Source: Minisyncoccota bacterium
Lineage (GTDB): Bacteria; Patescibacteriota; Minisyncoccia; Phycocordibacterales; UBA9973
Assembly (NCBI GenBank): GCA_031413715.1
Contig: JANOFO010000003.1
Span: 75,047 to 139,046, forward strand
Direction of reading: 5' to 3'
DNA length: 64,000 nt
The translations under genes were made by a program, and so were the position numbers. Within the stretch, counting starts at the first letter, position 1; each line of letters starts with the position of its first letter. A model generated the notes under the pieces. The model was not told where the DNA came from. It did not search any database and saw nothing but the letters and a program-made list of their open reading frames with translations. Positions 31,117-40,765 of the stretch are shown here, piece by piece.

Positions 31117-31725
31117 TTATTTAAGCCAGTATGTTTCTACTTTTATATTATACGTATAAATATTCGGATCAACTGTGCCGGTATTTTTAGCATCAACAAG
31201 CGGAACGATGAAGCTTACGGATTTCACATCAACGAGACGGAGATTGTGTTCCAGATCCTTAAGAAGAAGGACAAACGTATCGTAGTCACCTTTTGTTGTA
31301 AATTCAACAGGGAAGACGCCATATGATTTCGACGATGAAGACGGATCACTTGGGGCAATAATCGTTGTACCCCCTGGAGCTGCTCCACTTGTTGTCCCTT
31401 GGACTTTTTGCGGATCAAATCTTATATTCTCTACTGGCATACTGTGGATATTGGCAATGCGTTCGATCTCGAGAACGAATTTAATATTATTGACGGTGTT
31501 TGGCAAGAAATGCTCAAGTCGCTCTCGATCCTCTGGCTTTATATTTTTGTATGTGTCTACCAAGGAGTCACGCGTTTTCTGAAGGTCGGTAGAGTTGCTA
31601 AGAGCCAAATTGTATGCGGCGACATCAGTACGCAGACTCGATACATCAGCGCGCAGCGGATTAACGATAGTGAAGAATAGTGCGCCAGATATTATTATAA
31701 GTGATATGGAAAAGATAAATTTCAT
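31117..31725 (-). CDS. pilO: PilO-like pilus assembly protein
   Basis: Single TM helix followed by a coiled-coil and a PilO-like periplasmic domain. Sits in pilMNO order. Confidence 0.55.
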   Translation of the reverse strand: MKFIFSISLIIISGALFFTIVNPLRADVSSLRTDVAAYNLALSNSTDLQKTRDSLVDTYKNIKPEDRERLEHFLPNTVNNIKFVLEIERIANIHSMPVENIRFDPQKVQGTTSGAAPGGTTIIAPSDPSSSSKSYGVFPVEFTTKGDYDTFVLLLKDLEHNLRLVDVKSVSFIVPLVDAKNTGTVDPNIYTYNIKVETYWLK

Positions 31726-31727
31726 AA

Positions 31728-32453
31728 TTATTGAGATGGATTATTATCTGATACAGGAATATCTGACGAAGCAGATGAATCATCCGGAACAATCGGGGCT
31801 GGTGTCACAGACGCTTGCGGCACAAATACTCCAGCGGAAGACTCGGTCTTTGTTTGTGCTTGTTCAAGAGCCATATTTCTCTCGTATGAAAGAAGTTCAG
31901 GGTCAACAGTGAATTCTATATTAAAAGCGACACGATTATTCTTATCTTTAGTCAAATTAGAAAAGACAACATTCTTGAAAGAGCGGCCCTTAGCAGTATT
32001 GAATACATCAGCTTGAAGCGCGATTGCCTTGTAATCCTCGGCAATACCAGACATCTTAACAGAGAATGCACCAGCGGCAGTATCTTGACTAAATTGTGTA
32101 TATTGAACTTGGGGCAATGTTAACGTGCCAAGAAGCGCAAACATCGGCGAAAACACGATATGGTTACCTAATATTTGCTTGGATGCAGAAACACGCTTGT
32201 CGTATAACTCAAGTTCGTCAATGGTATCCTTCTCAAAGCTATTCCGCACCTTTCCCAATGAAGTCGAGAGGACTTCTTTTTGGTTAATTAAATAGTTTTT
32301 ATATAAAAATAATCCGCCGGATGCAACACCCATAATAACAAGAAGGAGAAAGGCTATCACAGTAAAGAGACTAGTCGGAGGACGATTAATCCTACCATTT
32401 GTAGCGTTCACTGGCTTTTTTGGTATGAATGATGTTTGGAATGAATTTTCCAT
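31728..32453 (-). CDS. pilN: PilN-like pilus assembly protein
   Basis: Short cytoplasmic N-terminus, a TM helix (LFTVIAFLLLVIMGVASGGLFLY) and a periplasmic domain. Sits between pilM and pilO. Confidence 0.55.
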   Translation of the reverse strand: MENSFQTSFIPKKPVNATNGRINRPPTSLFTVIAFLLLVIMGVASGGLFLYKNYLINQKEVLSTSLGKVRNSFEKDTIDELELYDKRVSASKQILGNHIVFSPMFALLGTLTLPQVQYTQFSQDTAAGAFSVKMSGIAEDYKAIALQADVFNTAKGRSFKNVVFSNLTKDKNNRVAFNIEFTVDPELLSYERNMALEQAQTKTESSAGVFVPQASVTPAPIVPDDSSASSDIPVSDNNPSQ

Positions 32454-32461
32454 AAGTTATA

Positions 32462-33613
32462 TTAAGCAAGTTCACGAAGCGCAAGTCCTACAGCTACAGC
32501 GAATTCCGGACCGCTCATCTCGAGCACTGGCTTCAAGAACGCCGGCGCTTCTGTTTTCGAAAACGGATCACCGTAAGCTACATCTCTACGAAGTCTGTCG
32601 CGAGCTTGCTCCAAGAGGCCTTTCAAAAGCGAACCGCCGCCAACCATGATGACTTTGCTTATGCTTTTATTATACTTCTTCTCATAGGCAAGTACAATAC
32701 TATTAGTATCTGAGAATATATAATCTGTGGATAGACGGGCAATGTCGGCAGCTTGAGCATTCTCTAACACATCGAGCCCGACCGAGCGCTTCAACTTTTC
32801 CGCCGCTTCAAATGGCAGAGAGAGCGAAGCGGATATATTTTTGGTTATGTCCTGGGAACCACGATTCACTACATGAAATACTCGAACGACACCGGCTTCC
32901 ACGATAGAGAGTTTGGTTTTTGAAGCCCCAAAATCCATAAAAAGCACTGGAGTAAGATCATAGTTGAATGATGAACGAATATTGGAAAATATTTCCATCT
33001 CAAAGGAATCAGAGCGCAGGTCGGTCTTGGTGAGTATCTCTTGATATCGAGAGAGAATGTCATTATGGATCGCAACTACGAGAACTTCGACAGGTGGCAG
33101 AGGCGTGGATTTATCCGTCGGTTCATCGTCAGTCCGGCTATTTTGGAATTCCTGTAGTTCTGGCGGAACCATGAACCAGTCGAGGCTGACCTCGGTAATC
33201 GGAACAGGGATATATTTGCGTGCTTCGTTAGGCACAATATTTGCAAGTTGGTCTTCCGTCACATTGGCAGGCAGCGAGAGCGTAAAGATAAGGCTTGATG
33301 ATGAAGGAATAGCGACTACTCCGGAAGATGTAGTGATATTGGATTCTTTCATGACATCTTTGAGTGCGCGGGCGATATCATCAGTGCCCAAATTAGTTAC
33401 AGCGCCGACATCAGTTGCTCCATATGGACCAAGCGCAAGGGCGCCATACGTTTCGAGGATTGCTTTGCCTCCTTTCTTTTTTATTTGCACTACTTTGATT
33501 GAAGAAGAGCCGATATCAATACCGAGTGCGCTTTTCGATGACTTGCTTGAAGTAAAAATACTCGATAGGTTTGAAAGTCCGGAGGATATGATTTTCTTTA
33601 GTGAATTATCCAT
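32462..33613 (-). CDS. pilM: Type IV pilus assembly ATPase-like protein PilM (actin/FtsA fold)
   Basis: LGIDIGSSSIKVVQI phosphate-1 motif and an FtsA-like architecture. Confidence 0.8.
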   Translation of the reverse strand: MDNSLKKIISSGLSNLSSIFTSSKSSKSALGIDIGSSSIKVVQIKKKGGKAILETYGALALGPYGATDVGAVTNLGTDDIARALKDVMKESNITTSSGVVAIPSSSSLIFTLSLPANVTEDQLANIVPNEARKYIPVPITEVSLDWFMVPPELQEFQNSRTDDEPTDKSTPLPPVEVLVVAIHNDILSRYQEILTKTDLRSDSFEMEIFSNIRSSFNYDLTPVLFMDFGASKTKLSIVEAGVVRVFHVVNRGSQDITKNISASLSLPFEAAEKLKRSVGLDVLENAQAADIARLSTDYIFSDTNSIVLAYEKKYNKSISKVIMVGGGSLLKGLLEQARDRLRRDVAYGDPFSKTEAPAFLKPVLEMSGPEFAVAVGLALRELA

Positions 33614-33655
33614 ATATGCACTACACAGTATACCATAGCTGTAGTAAAATAGAGT

Positions 33656-34330
33656 GTGGAGCGAACTTCATATTATATGAATTTTTTAGCAAAATGGTTC
33701 TTGGATATACTCTTGCCGGAGAAATGCCTCGGGTGCAATATGCACGGTGAAATTATGTGCGATGTATGTATTTCAAAAATCCGTAAAGCGGAGCGTGAGA
33801 CCGAACATGACATGTATGCATGTTTTGATTACAGAGATCCCCTTGCTAAAAAAGCGATTTGGAATTTGAAATATTACAATAGAAGAGGCTTGGGTCAAAA
33901 ACTGGGGAATTTACTCTACGATACCCTTCTTGAAGAAATCGCCGATATGAAAATGTATAAAGGAGAAGGGCCTTTTTGTGTCATCCCTGTACCGCTTTCC
34001 CCAAAGAGAAGCCGAGCTCGCGGATACAATCAAGCTGCAATCATCGCCCGTCATTTTTGTTCGTCAGGCGAGAAAAATATGTTCCGGCAGAGAAATAATG
34101 TCGTAATAAAAAGATCCGATACGCTTCCCCAGGCACGGATTCTAAATCGAACCAAGCGACTCGCTAATATCCGCAATGCATTTGAAGTAAAAAATCCGCA
34201 CTTGGTCAGGGGACAGACATGCATCGTGATAGACGATGTCACCACAACTGGTGGCACGATACTAGAGATAATGAAGACCTTAAAGAAAGCAGGCGCCAAA
34301 AAAGTTGTCGGTTTTGCCATAGCGCATTAG
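33656..34330 (+). CDS. comFC: ComF-family phosphoribosyltransferase (competence protein ComFC)
   Basis: Double zinc ribbon (CLGCN...CDVC) plus a PRTase motif (CIVIDDVTTTGGT). Confidence 0.85.
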   Translation: MERTSYYMNFLAKWFLDILLPEKCLGCNMHGEIMCDVCISKIRKAERETEHDMYACFDYRDPLAKKAIWNLKYYNRRGLGQKLGNLLYDTLLEEIADMKMYKGEGPFCVIPVPLSPKRSRARGYNQAAIIARHFCSSGEKNMFRQRNNVVIKRSDTLPQARILNRTKRLANIRNAFEVKNPHLVRGQTCIVIDDVTTTGGTILEIMKTLKKAGAKKVVGFAIAH

Positions 34331-34331
34331 A

Positions 34332-35522
34332 TTATCCCCATAGATCCCAGATCATACCGGCAATATTGCGTGGTGTACCTTTGAGAGCATAATAGTGCAT
34401 ATTGATAAACGGAAGTGTATTGCATTCTATTATTCCCCATCTCTGAGAACTTTGATCTTTTGTAGGGTCTGGAATAATACAATCAAATCCGAGCACCGAG
34501 AGGCCAGTAATCCGAGCAGCTTTTTCAAGAATTGGGATAAAGCTCGGATGAAGTTCGTCTATCATTTCCTCTGTCATTCCCCCAAATAACTGACCTGTGC
34601 GGTGGGAAAGAGGTAGAGATGTTCCTTTTAGTAAAATATCATCGATACTAAAACCCGATCGAGATATATGACTGTGTAGTTCATTAGTAATACGGAAATG
34701 GTAACGTTCAATTCTTTGCGCGTCTTTCTCTTCAATCAATTCTTTAATTGTTTTTTCCCCATCACCAATAATAAATGGTAGCTCGCCTTTATAAAATCCT
34801 GCTAGTACTCCACCGATAAGAGTCGCCCTACACACATGACCATATAGATGCTCTTCTACTACGAGATATGGTGAAATTTGCCTTACGATTCGAATTCCCT
34901 CTTTAAAATGTTCAAAACTATGAATATTTGTCACGGTATGTCTAGCGCGTGAACCAGCTTTAGGCTTTACAATCACAGGCGTTTTAAATTGCGAGTATAA
35001 ATGCTTGAGGCTATTCCAACTAAAAGGCGAGAGTTTCTTATACATAGGAACGGGGATACCTTCCTTTGATAATTCCCTCTTCAGTATAATTTTGTCATCC
35101 CAATCTTTTTTAAAATCAAGAAACTCAGATTGGATCGGAATGCTTTCAAAATAAATAGTATTGCCGTTAATTTTAGCGCGATACCAATCAATCGGTTTCT
35201 TCCCTAGGATGACCTGTTGCATATCTATTCCTCGCCTCTGTGCTTCTTCCCATATGACACGAGAGCGGAAAGAGTTTGTTTTTTCAATATCAGAGGAAAA
35301 GTGTGCAAGCTTAAATAGCCTTAGAGTATTAAAAAGAATTATCGGGATCCAGTTCGCAAGATCTTTCATAAACATTGGCGCATGGTTAGTTACCCATACC
35401 ATATGTGAATCAAAATGAGCTGCAATCAGATTCTCTACGTATTTGAGCTTGTGATTAATATGCGCATCTCCACAATAGGAGCATGCGCCTTGTTTTGTTT
35501 TTGATTCAAGCGTAGATTCCAT
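34332..35522 (-). CDS. ATP-grasp domain protein (RimK/cyanophycin-synthetase-like ligase)
   Basis: VIVKPKAGSRARH, LVVEEHLYGHVCRATLIGG and GIIECNTLP motifs. Confidence 0.55.
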   Translation of the reverse strand: MESTLESKTKQGACSYCGDAHINHKLKYVENLIAAHFDSHMVWVTNHAPMFMKDLANWIPIILFNTLRLFKLAHFSSDIEKTNSFRSRVIWEEAQRRGIDMQQVILGKKPIDWYRAKINGNTIYFESIPIQSEFLDFKKDWDDKIILKRELSKEGIPVPMYKKLSPFSWNSLKHLYSQFKTPVIVKPKAGSRARHTVTNIHSFEHFKEGIRIVRQISPYLVVEEHLYGHVCRATLIGGVLAGFYKGELPFIIGDGEKTIKELIEEKDAQRIERYHFRITNELHSHISRSGFSIDDILLKGTSLPLSHRTGQLFGGMTEEMIDELHPSFIPILEKAARITGLSVLGFDCIIPDPTKDQSSQRWGIIECNTLPFINMHYYALKGTPRNIAGMIWDLWG

Positions 35523-35824
35523 ATCCTATATTATACACAAAGAGACAGCGTACGCTGTCTCTTTGTTAGTAAAAACTATTTTCTAATGATCTGCTCCTTT
35601 TAACATAGATAAATCTTCATAGGGTTGATAAACGACCCACGGTACAAGTATACCACTTTTCTAAATTGCAACAACCTCCTAGAGGCCATTCTTACCTTGG
35701 AGCTCAATAGTATAATCAGTAACAAAACTCTCCAAATGATTGGAAAAGAAGGAGAATATTGCGATATTAGCTATTACAATAAGCGCAACCAGAATCCAAT
35801 AATTTTTTATTTTTGCTTTCATGT

Positions 35825-36268
35825 CTATTTTCGTGATAACGGATGCAAATGCGCAGCGATGACAATTGCAGCTGCAATCAAGACTAGATTCTTTATTATA
35901 TACTGTCCTTCCATGGTTGGCACCAGGAATCCAGACCATGTAATTTCTGGTAGCATAAAGAGCGGCATAAATGTCGTGATCATGTGGAGGAAAAGAAGCG
36001 GAATGACAGCGCGCTCGGCTCCTCGGATAAGGAAGAGTACACCTATCAACATTTCAAATAGCCCAAAGAGGATAAGGAAGGTTGAGAACGGCATGAAATG
36101 AATTGTATTTTCAAATAAATGCTGTACTAGCCCGCTTGCTGGACTTTGACCTACAACCTTGAGAACGCCAAACCAAAAAAACACAACAAATAATCCAAAT
36201 CGAGCAAAAGGTATAGATATTCGACGAAAAAAATGGATGAGCGAAGCATCAGTTCTACTGATATTCAT
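35825..36268 (-). CDS. Small polytopic membrane protein (DoxX/DUF417-like)
   Basis: Strongly hydrophobic, four TM helices. Preferred over the overlapping plus-strand ORF 35625-36101, which has no features. Confidence 0.45.
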   Translation of the reverse strand: MNISRTDASLIHFFRRISIPFARFGLFVVFFWFGVLKVVGQSPASGLVQHLFENTIHFMPFSTFLILFGLFEMLIGVLFLIRGAERAVIPLLFLHMITTFMPLFMLPEITWSGFLVPTMEGQYIIKNLVLIAAAIVIAAHLHPLSRK

Positions 36269-36306
36269 ATAATTTCATTATACCATCATAATAACTTTAC
36301 TTGTAT

Positions 36307-36831
36307 TTAATACTCCCCAGTATATATGTTTGGACTATATGTCGGATACCAGGCTGTTTGGATTGCACGTTGTATCCAACCCTTGAGCTGAGCTCTCTGA
36401 GGATTAGAACTACTCTCAAATTGAGTGACGAGGTCATATGTATTGCCTGCAAGTGGATATGAAACTGGATCGTATCCATATGCATATGTAAAGTGACCAG
36501 TAACCCAAGGATCTGTCGCATTGTTTGTAGGATCTTTTGGTAACTTAGGCATATATGGAGAAAGAGCAGTTTGGAGCGCATTCCAACTTGCATCACTACT
36601 ATTTATATAGTAGGAGATATAAGGATAGTAACCATTTGTATTCCTATACAACTCAAGAGCAATCCTTATTTGCCTTATATCAGAAATTCGTTGTGTATCG
36701 CGAGCTTGAATTCTTGCGTTATTTAAAGCTGTAAGCACTATGCTCGAGAGAAAACTGATGATAGATATGACAACCAAAAGTTCTATAAGAGTGAATCCTT
36801 TGGTGTGTGATTTTTTCATTTCGAGCTTCAT
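36307..36831 (-). CDS. Type IV pilin-like protein (prepilin-type N-terminal cleavage/methylation domain)
   Basis: KGFTLIELLVVISIISFLSSIVLTAL. Confidence 0.8.
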   Translation of the reverse strand: MKLEMKKSHTKGFTLIELLVVISIISFLSSIVLTALNNARIQARDTQRISDIRQIRIALELYRNTNGYYPYISYYINSSDASWNALQTALSPYMPKLPKDPTNNATDPWVTGHFTYAYGYDPVSYPLAGNTYDLVTQFESSSNPQRAQLKGWIQRAIQTAWYPTYSPNIYTGEY

Positions 36832-36836
36832 ATAAA

Positions 36837-37109
36837 TTAATTGCTTCTTAATTGTTGCTCCATCATACTTTTCTGTCTCGAAGTTTCAGATTCTGAAGAA
36901 GTATTCTTGTTGCCAGAAAAAGCGAAGTTATATATTGAGAAAATAATCAAGAAGAGTGCAAATACAAGGAGAATGTATGATGCTTTTTGTTCACCAATCT
37001 TCCCACCTGAGATTTTAATCACTAACTGTATTGCCCACGACTTTTTCAGTGCTGCATGCTCCATAGGCACTGGTCGTGAAACTTCCTTTTCAAATTCAAT
37101 GCCTTCCAT
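36837..37109 (-). CDS. Small membrane protein, hypothetical
   Basis: Single TM helix. Stop-start coupled to the pilin-like gene. Confidence 0.3.
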   Translation of the reverse strand: MEGIEFEKEVSRPVPMEHAALKKSWAIQLVIKISGGKIGEQKASYILLVFALFLIIFSIYNFAFSGNKNTSSESETSRQKSMMEQQLRSN

Positions 37110-37317
37110 TATAAATATTTAGAATCCTAAATCCAATGCGCCAAGTAGGCGATAAATATGAGCGCCCCGAGCAAGCCCAAAAGGGGTTGAGCTCTGGATA
37201 GAAGCGCGATAATAACCACAGCGATCACGACCTTGACCCAACCCAAAACTAGAATCGATGCCCAGATAGTTTGTAGAAGTGTTTGAATGAATACCATATA
37301 TTTTTATTATATAACTA

Positions 37318-37701
37318 TTATGATGTTATGCCTAGAGGACCAGACTTGATCTTATAATAATTTACATAGGAGATTGCCAAGATTACAAAGGCTGCGATTG
37401 GCAATAACAAGCCAACATTTATCCCATCTACAATCCAGATGCTTATAAATGCAAAAATGAAATCAAACCCAAAGCCTGCATATGCCCATTCCTTTATTTG
37501 AGCTGGAAATTTGGGGATTATAAGCACAATAGCTCCGAGCACTTTAAATACAGTGAGTATAGTGACGAAGTACACAGGATAGCCTAAATGTGTAATCCCT
37601 TGTATCGCCATTTCTGAATGCCCAGTCAGCGCTGGCATAACTCCCTCTCCTAAGAAAATAATAATAGTTGTAATCCAAAACAGTATCTTTGCTTTTTTCA
37701 T
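37318..37701 (-). CDS. DoxX-like membrane protein
   Basis: Four TM helices and a PF13564-like pattern. Confidence 0.45.
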   Translation of the reverse strand: MKKAKILFWITTIIIFLGEGVMPALTGHSEMAIQGITHLGYPVYFVTILTVFKVLGAIVLIIPKFPAQIKEWAYAGFGFDFIFAFISIWIVDGINVGLLLPIAAFVILAISYVNYYKIKSGPLGITS

Positions 37702-37799
37702 ATATGTATAATTTATCATGTTTTAATTATTAAGGAAAGAAAAAACCCAGCATGCGCTAGGCTTTTTTACGTTACGAAAAGAATTTGAAAGAATTTAGT

Positions 37800-38186
37800 T
37801 TAGATGGCATCAGTTGAGATGTTTTCGATTGATCTATCAATTTCCAGCTGGCGGGCCAGCATAGAAATATAGAACTCTAAGTTATCCTTCATCTCATCTG
37901 ACATATCTTTAAGATACTTAGCCCTTAATTCAAGAATACCACTGTACAAATTCTTGGTGTCCTTATCACTGTTCCATTTTTTTATGAGATTACTTTGTTC
38001 ACTTATAACAAAGTAATCTTTCTTATGTGTATGGACTAAAAGGCGAATATCTCGTCTTACGACGAATATAAATCCAATTAACAAAAGTGCCATTAGGGCA
38101 CAAAAGATTACTGAAAGAGTGAGTGGGTTCATAGCTAAAAAAATTTTTGATGAATAAATATACGATACTCGTTTGGAATATAGCAT
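37800..38186 (-). CDS. Hypothetical membrane-anchored protein
   Basis: ORF with one TM helix. Confidence 0.35.
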   Translation of the reverse strand: MLYSKRVSYIYSSKIFLAMNPLTLSVIFCALMALLLIGFIFVVRRDIRLLVHTHKKDYFVISEQSNLIKKWNSDKDTKNLYSGILELRAKYLKDMSDEMKDNLEFYISMLARQLEIDRSIENISTDAI

Positions 38187-38231
38187 GCTTTATCAAACAT
38201 GTCAAATATATTAACTTTTTTGTACTAGCTC

Positions 38232-38453
38232 TTACTTACTCCACTTTATTTGAAACTCAAGCTCTTCCTCTTTTTTTGTTGATTCATGTTCAATGTTTAC
38301 CATTGCATCTTTGGGGATATCTATCGTCTCGCCTTTCACTTGAATGCGAAATTTCTTGCCACTCTCGAGTGAATCAGCAAAACGGCGAAGCTTTTTGATA
38401 AACTCACTTTTTGTATACTCTTTTTCAATATCACGTGATTTTTTTCTTTTCAT
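38232..38453 (-). CDS. amphi-Trp domain protein
   Basis: MKRKKSRDIEKEY...KFRIQVKGETIDIP...ELEFQIKWSK matches the amphi-Trp pattern. Start taken at the internal Met. Confidence 0.45.
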   Translation of the reverse strand: MKRKKSRDIEKEYTKSEFIKKLRRFADSLESGKKFRIQVKGETIDIPKDAMVNIEHESTKKEEELEFQIKWSK

Positions 38454-38490
38454 ATAAATTATTTTTTGCATGGGCAATAGCGGGCCGTGT

Positions 38491-38553
38491 GGTACGCAGT
38501 TGGAACTGCTTTGTTGATAAATAAGGGTTAAATACCCTCCAGTATATTTATAG
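38491..38553. repeat. Dispersed repeat module M3. It overlaps the last 7 codons and the stop (..INILEGI*) of the NUDIX gene.
   Basis: About 95% identical to 41996-42058. A related copy lies at 38968-39000. Confidence 0.7.
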
Positions 38554-38974
38554 CCCCTAATATCCACTCACTTCTAAGTTTATCTTTCATCCCTTTTATT
38601 TCTTCAAATGTAAACCATCTGGCATCTAAGAGTTCATCTTCTGGAAACTTTAATTCTCCGCCAGTTATTTTGGCTTCAAAGGCATGCTTTACAGCAGCAG
38701 TCGGTGTTTCGTGAAAAGCATCTATTTCTCTTATTAATTCGACGTCATAACCCGATTCCTCTTTTGCTTCTCGAATCGCTGCTTGCTCAAAGGATTCTCC
38801 TTCATCTACTCTGCCTGCAGGAAAATTCCAAAAACCACGAGCCTTATTTTTCTCTTGAACTAAAAGATATTTGCCATCTTGTTTGATAACGACACCTGCT
38901 ACTACATCTACTTTTATAACTTCTGACATGTTTATTATTATATCAAATTCTTTTGCAGACAGCATGATACCCAA
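38528..38974 (-). CDS. NUDIX hydrolase
   Basis: Nudix box GRVDEGESFEQAAIREAKEESGY. Confidence 0.8.
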   Translation of the reverse strand: MGIMLSAKEFDIIINMSEVIKVDVVAGVVIKQDGKYLLVQEKNKARGFWNFPAGRVDEGESFEQAAIREAKEESGYDVELIREIDAFHETPTAAVKHAFEAKITGGELKFPEDELLDARWFTFEEIKGMKDKLRSEWILGAINILEGI

Positions 38975-39064
38975 TTGGAACCAGCTTGTTGGGAAATAAG
39001 AACTAAAGAGGAAGTTGTTTTAAAAACATCCCTTTCACCTTTCTATACTCATCCATACTTGAGA

Positions 39065-40072
39065 CTAAACTGGGACATGTGGGTCGCGGAGGTATTCTTC
39101 AGCAAGCTGAGTAATTTTCACCGATCCGTTCTCTCCTGTGACATTTGAAAGGAAGACAAAGGTCATTCTTTCAGGAAGAGCGTAATAGATGCCGATTTCA
39201 AAGCCTATGGTACTTCCGCCATGATATGCGACGAACTTCCCATTTTTCTCTTTCAAAAAGATACCGAACCCATAATAAATTTCCGGACCTTCATCAGTCA
39301 GGACATGTTTCGTGAGCATCAGCGCTTTCATTTCCGGAAAGAGTATCTTGTCGCTTTGTATAATTTCGCTCCACAGCGCAAGATCGTGTATAGAAGAATA
39401 AATGCCGCCGTCGCCTATTGTTGTGCTTGTTTGGCGTTGGTCCGTTCGTAGCCACTCGCCGTCTTTTTTTGAATATCCATACCCGCGGTTCGGGATGATG
39501 GTAACGGCTTCCAGGTTTGGTAGCGTAGTTTTCATGCTTAAGGGTTCAAATATATTTTCTTGGAGGAAGTCTCTAAAATCTTGTTTGGAAATTTTCTCCA
39601 CGATGAGTTTCAAAAGGCAAAATCCGCCATTGTTATAAAAATATTTTTCTCCTGGAGTCGAATCCAGCATTTTTTTCCTACTTAGTATCGCAACGACATC
39701 GCTGTCATATAGCTGCTTTCCTTCATATTCAGGAATAGGTTCGACATCATACTCTCCCAGACCGGATGTGTGAGTGAGAAGATGCTGTATAGTGACGTCT
39801 TTGGCATGGATTGGGAATTCAGAAAAGAAATCTCTGAGCTTCGCATCAAGACTCAAAAGACCTTTTTGAACGAGAACAAGGATTGCTACCGCAGTAAAGT
39901 GTTTTGAGACGGATGCTAGACGGAAATTCGTATCAATAGAAATCAGAGTATGTTTGTCAAGATCGGAATATCCAGCTAGGGCAACGTGAACGATTTTACC
40001 GTCTTTTATAATGCCGATCGCGCAACCTGGCGTAATTCCATTGCGATAAGGGGCCAAGAAATTATTTTCCAT
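39065..40072 (-). CDS. Serine hydrolase of the beta-lactamase / PBP4* family
   Basis: SVSK (S-x-x-K) active-site motif in FRLASVSKHFTAVAI. Confidence 0.85.
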   Translation of the reverse strand: MENNFLAPYRNGITPGCAIGIIKDGKIVHVALAGYSDLDKHTLISIDTNFRLASVSKHFTAVAILVLVQKGLLSLDAKLRDFFSEFPIHAKDVTIQHLLTHTSGLGEYDVEPIPEYEGKQLYDSDVVAILSRKKMLDSTPGEKYFYNNGGFCLLKLIVEKISKQDFRDFLQENIFEPLSMKTTLPNLEAVTIIPNRGYGYSKKDGEWLRTDQRQTSTTIGDGGIYSSIHDLALWSEIIQSDKILFPEMKALMLTKHVLTDEGPEIYYGFGIFLKEKNGKFVAYHGGSTIGFEIGIYYALPERMTFVFLSNVTGENGSVKITQLAEEYLRDPHVPV

Positions 40073-40151
40073 TTTTTAATTTTACCTTAAGTCTCGGCAT
40101 TAGTGTACCTGAGTCTGCCGATACTATTTTTTACTGCGGAGGCAGTGTGAA

Positions 40152-40232
40152 TTCAGTACCCACGCTCTCAACCCTTGTAAGGGTATTCTAGTATCTTTGA
40201 GAGTGTTTCGTTGAGGCATGTGAGTCATAGTA
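40152..40232. repeat. Dispersed repeat X (copy 1), located just downstream of a stop codon
   Basis: About 85% identical (inverted) to 56146-56226, including the hairpin acccttgtaagggt. Confidence 0.65.
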
Positions 40233-40236
40233 AAAC

Positions 40237-40740
40237 TTAAATAGAACTATCTTTTAATAACTGTAAGAGCTCTTTATGAGTTTTTTTATTTCCTGCAATA
40301 AAAATTCTATCTCCTTCAGAAAATTCAACATCTCCTTTTCCGTTCGTAAACATACCACCTGCTTCTCTTATTAAAAGACTCCCTGCAAACTCAGGAAATG
40401 AATCTTTGGTTAATGATATAACTCCATCTAATCTTCCACATGCTACAGAGCAATAATTAAAAGAATAAGAATAAAAACTACGTTCCATTTTATATGAAGA
40501 TAATTTTTCAAGTAAATTATCAACTAATTCTCTATCAGGGTAATGCATAACACCTCGAAAAATTATGTCGCTAATGATATTAATGTCAGAAATTTTCTGT
40601 CCTTCTTTGTTTGAGTCTTCTCTAACTACTTTAGTGCCGGCAGAAGTAGCTTGATGTTTCCCTTCGACAAGTTTATTAAAAATTGCTTCTGCTAATTGAC
40701 TTCTGCCATTGTTAGCTTTGCAGACGAATAATATTTTCAT
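40237..40740 (-). CDS. Chimeric ORF: an ArsC/LMW-PTP-like N-terminus (C-x5-R loop) fused to the C-terminal half of an inositol-monophosphatase-like protein
   Basis: N-terminal ILFVCKANNGRSQLAEAI. C-terminal ...CGRLDGVISLT..FAGSLLIREAGGMFTNGKG, an IMPase C-terminal signature. Confidence 0.45.
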   Translation of the reverse strand: MKILFVCKANNGRSQLAEAIFNKLVEGKHQATSAGTKVVREDSNKEGQKISDINIISDIIFRGVMHYPDRELVDNLLEKLSSYKMERSFYSYSFNYCSVACGRLDGVISLTKDSFPEFAGSLLIREAGGMFTNGKGDVEFSEGDRIFIAGNKKTHKELLQLLKDSSI

Positions 40741-40765
40741 ACTTATAGATTATAACTTAAAACCT

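Noticed and set aside
35625-36101. 158-aa plus-strand ORF
   Set aside because: It overlaps the hydrophobic minus-strand membrane-protein ORF at 35825-36268. The plus-strand product is featureless and Arg/Ser-rich, the kind of ORF that shows up antisense to real genes.
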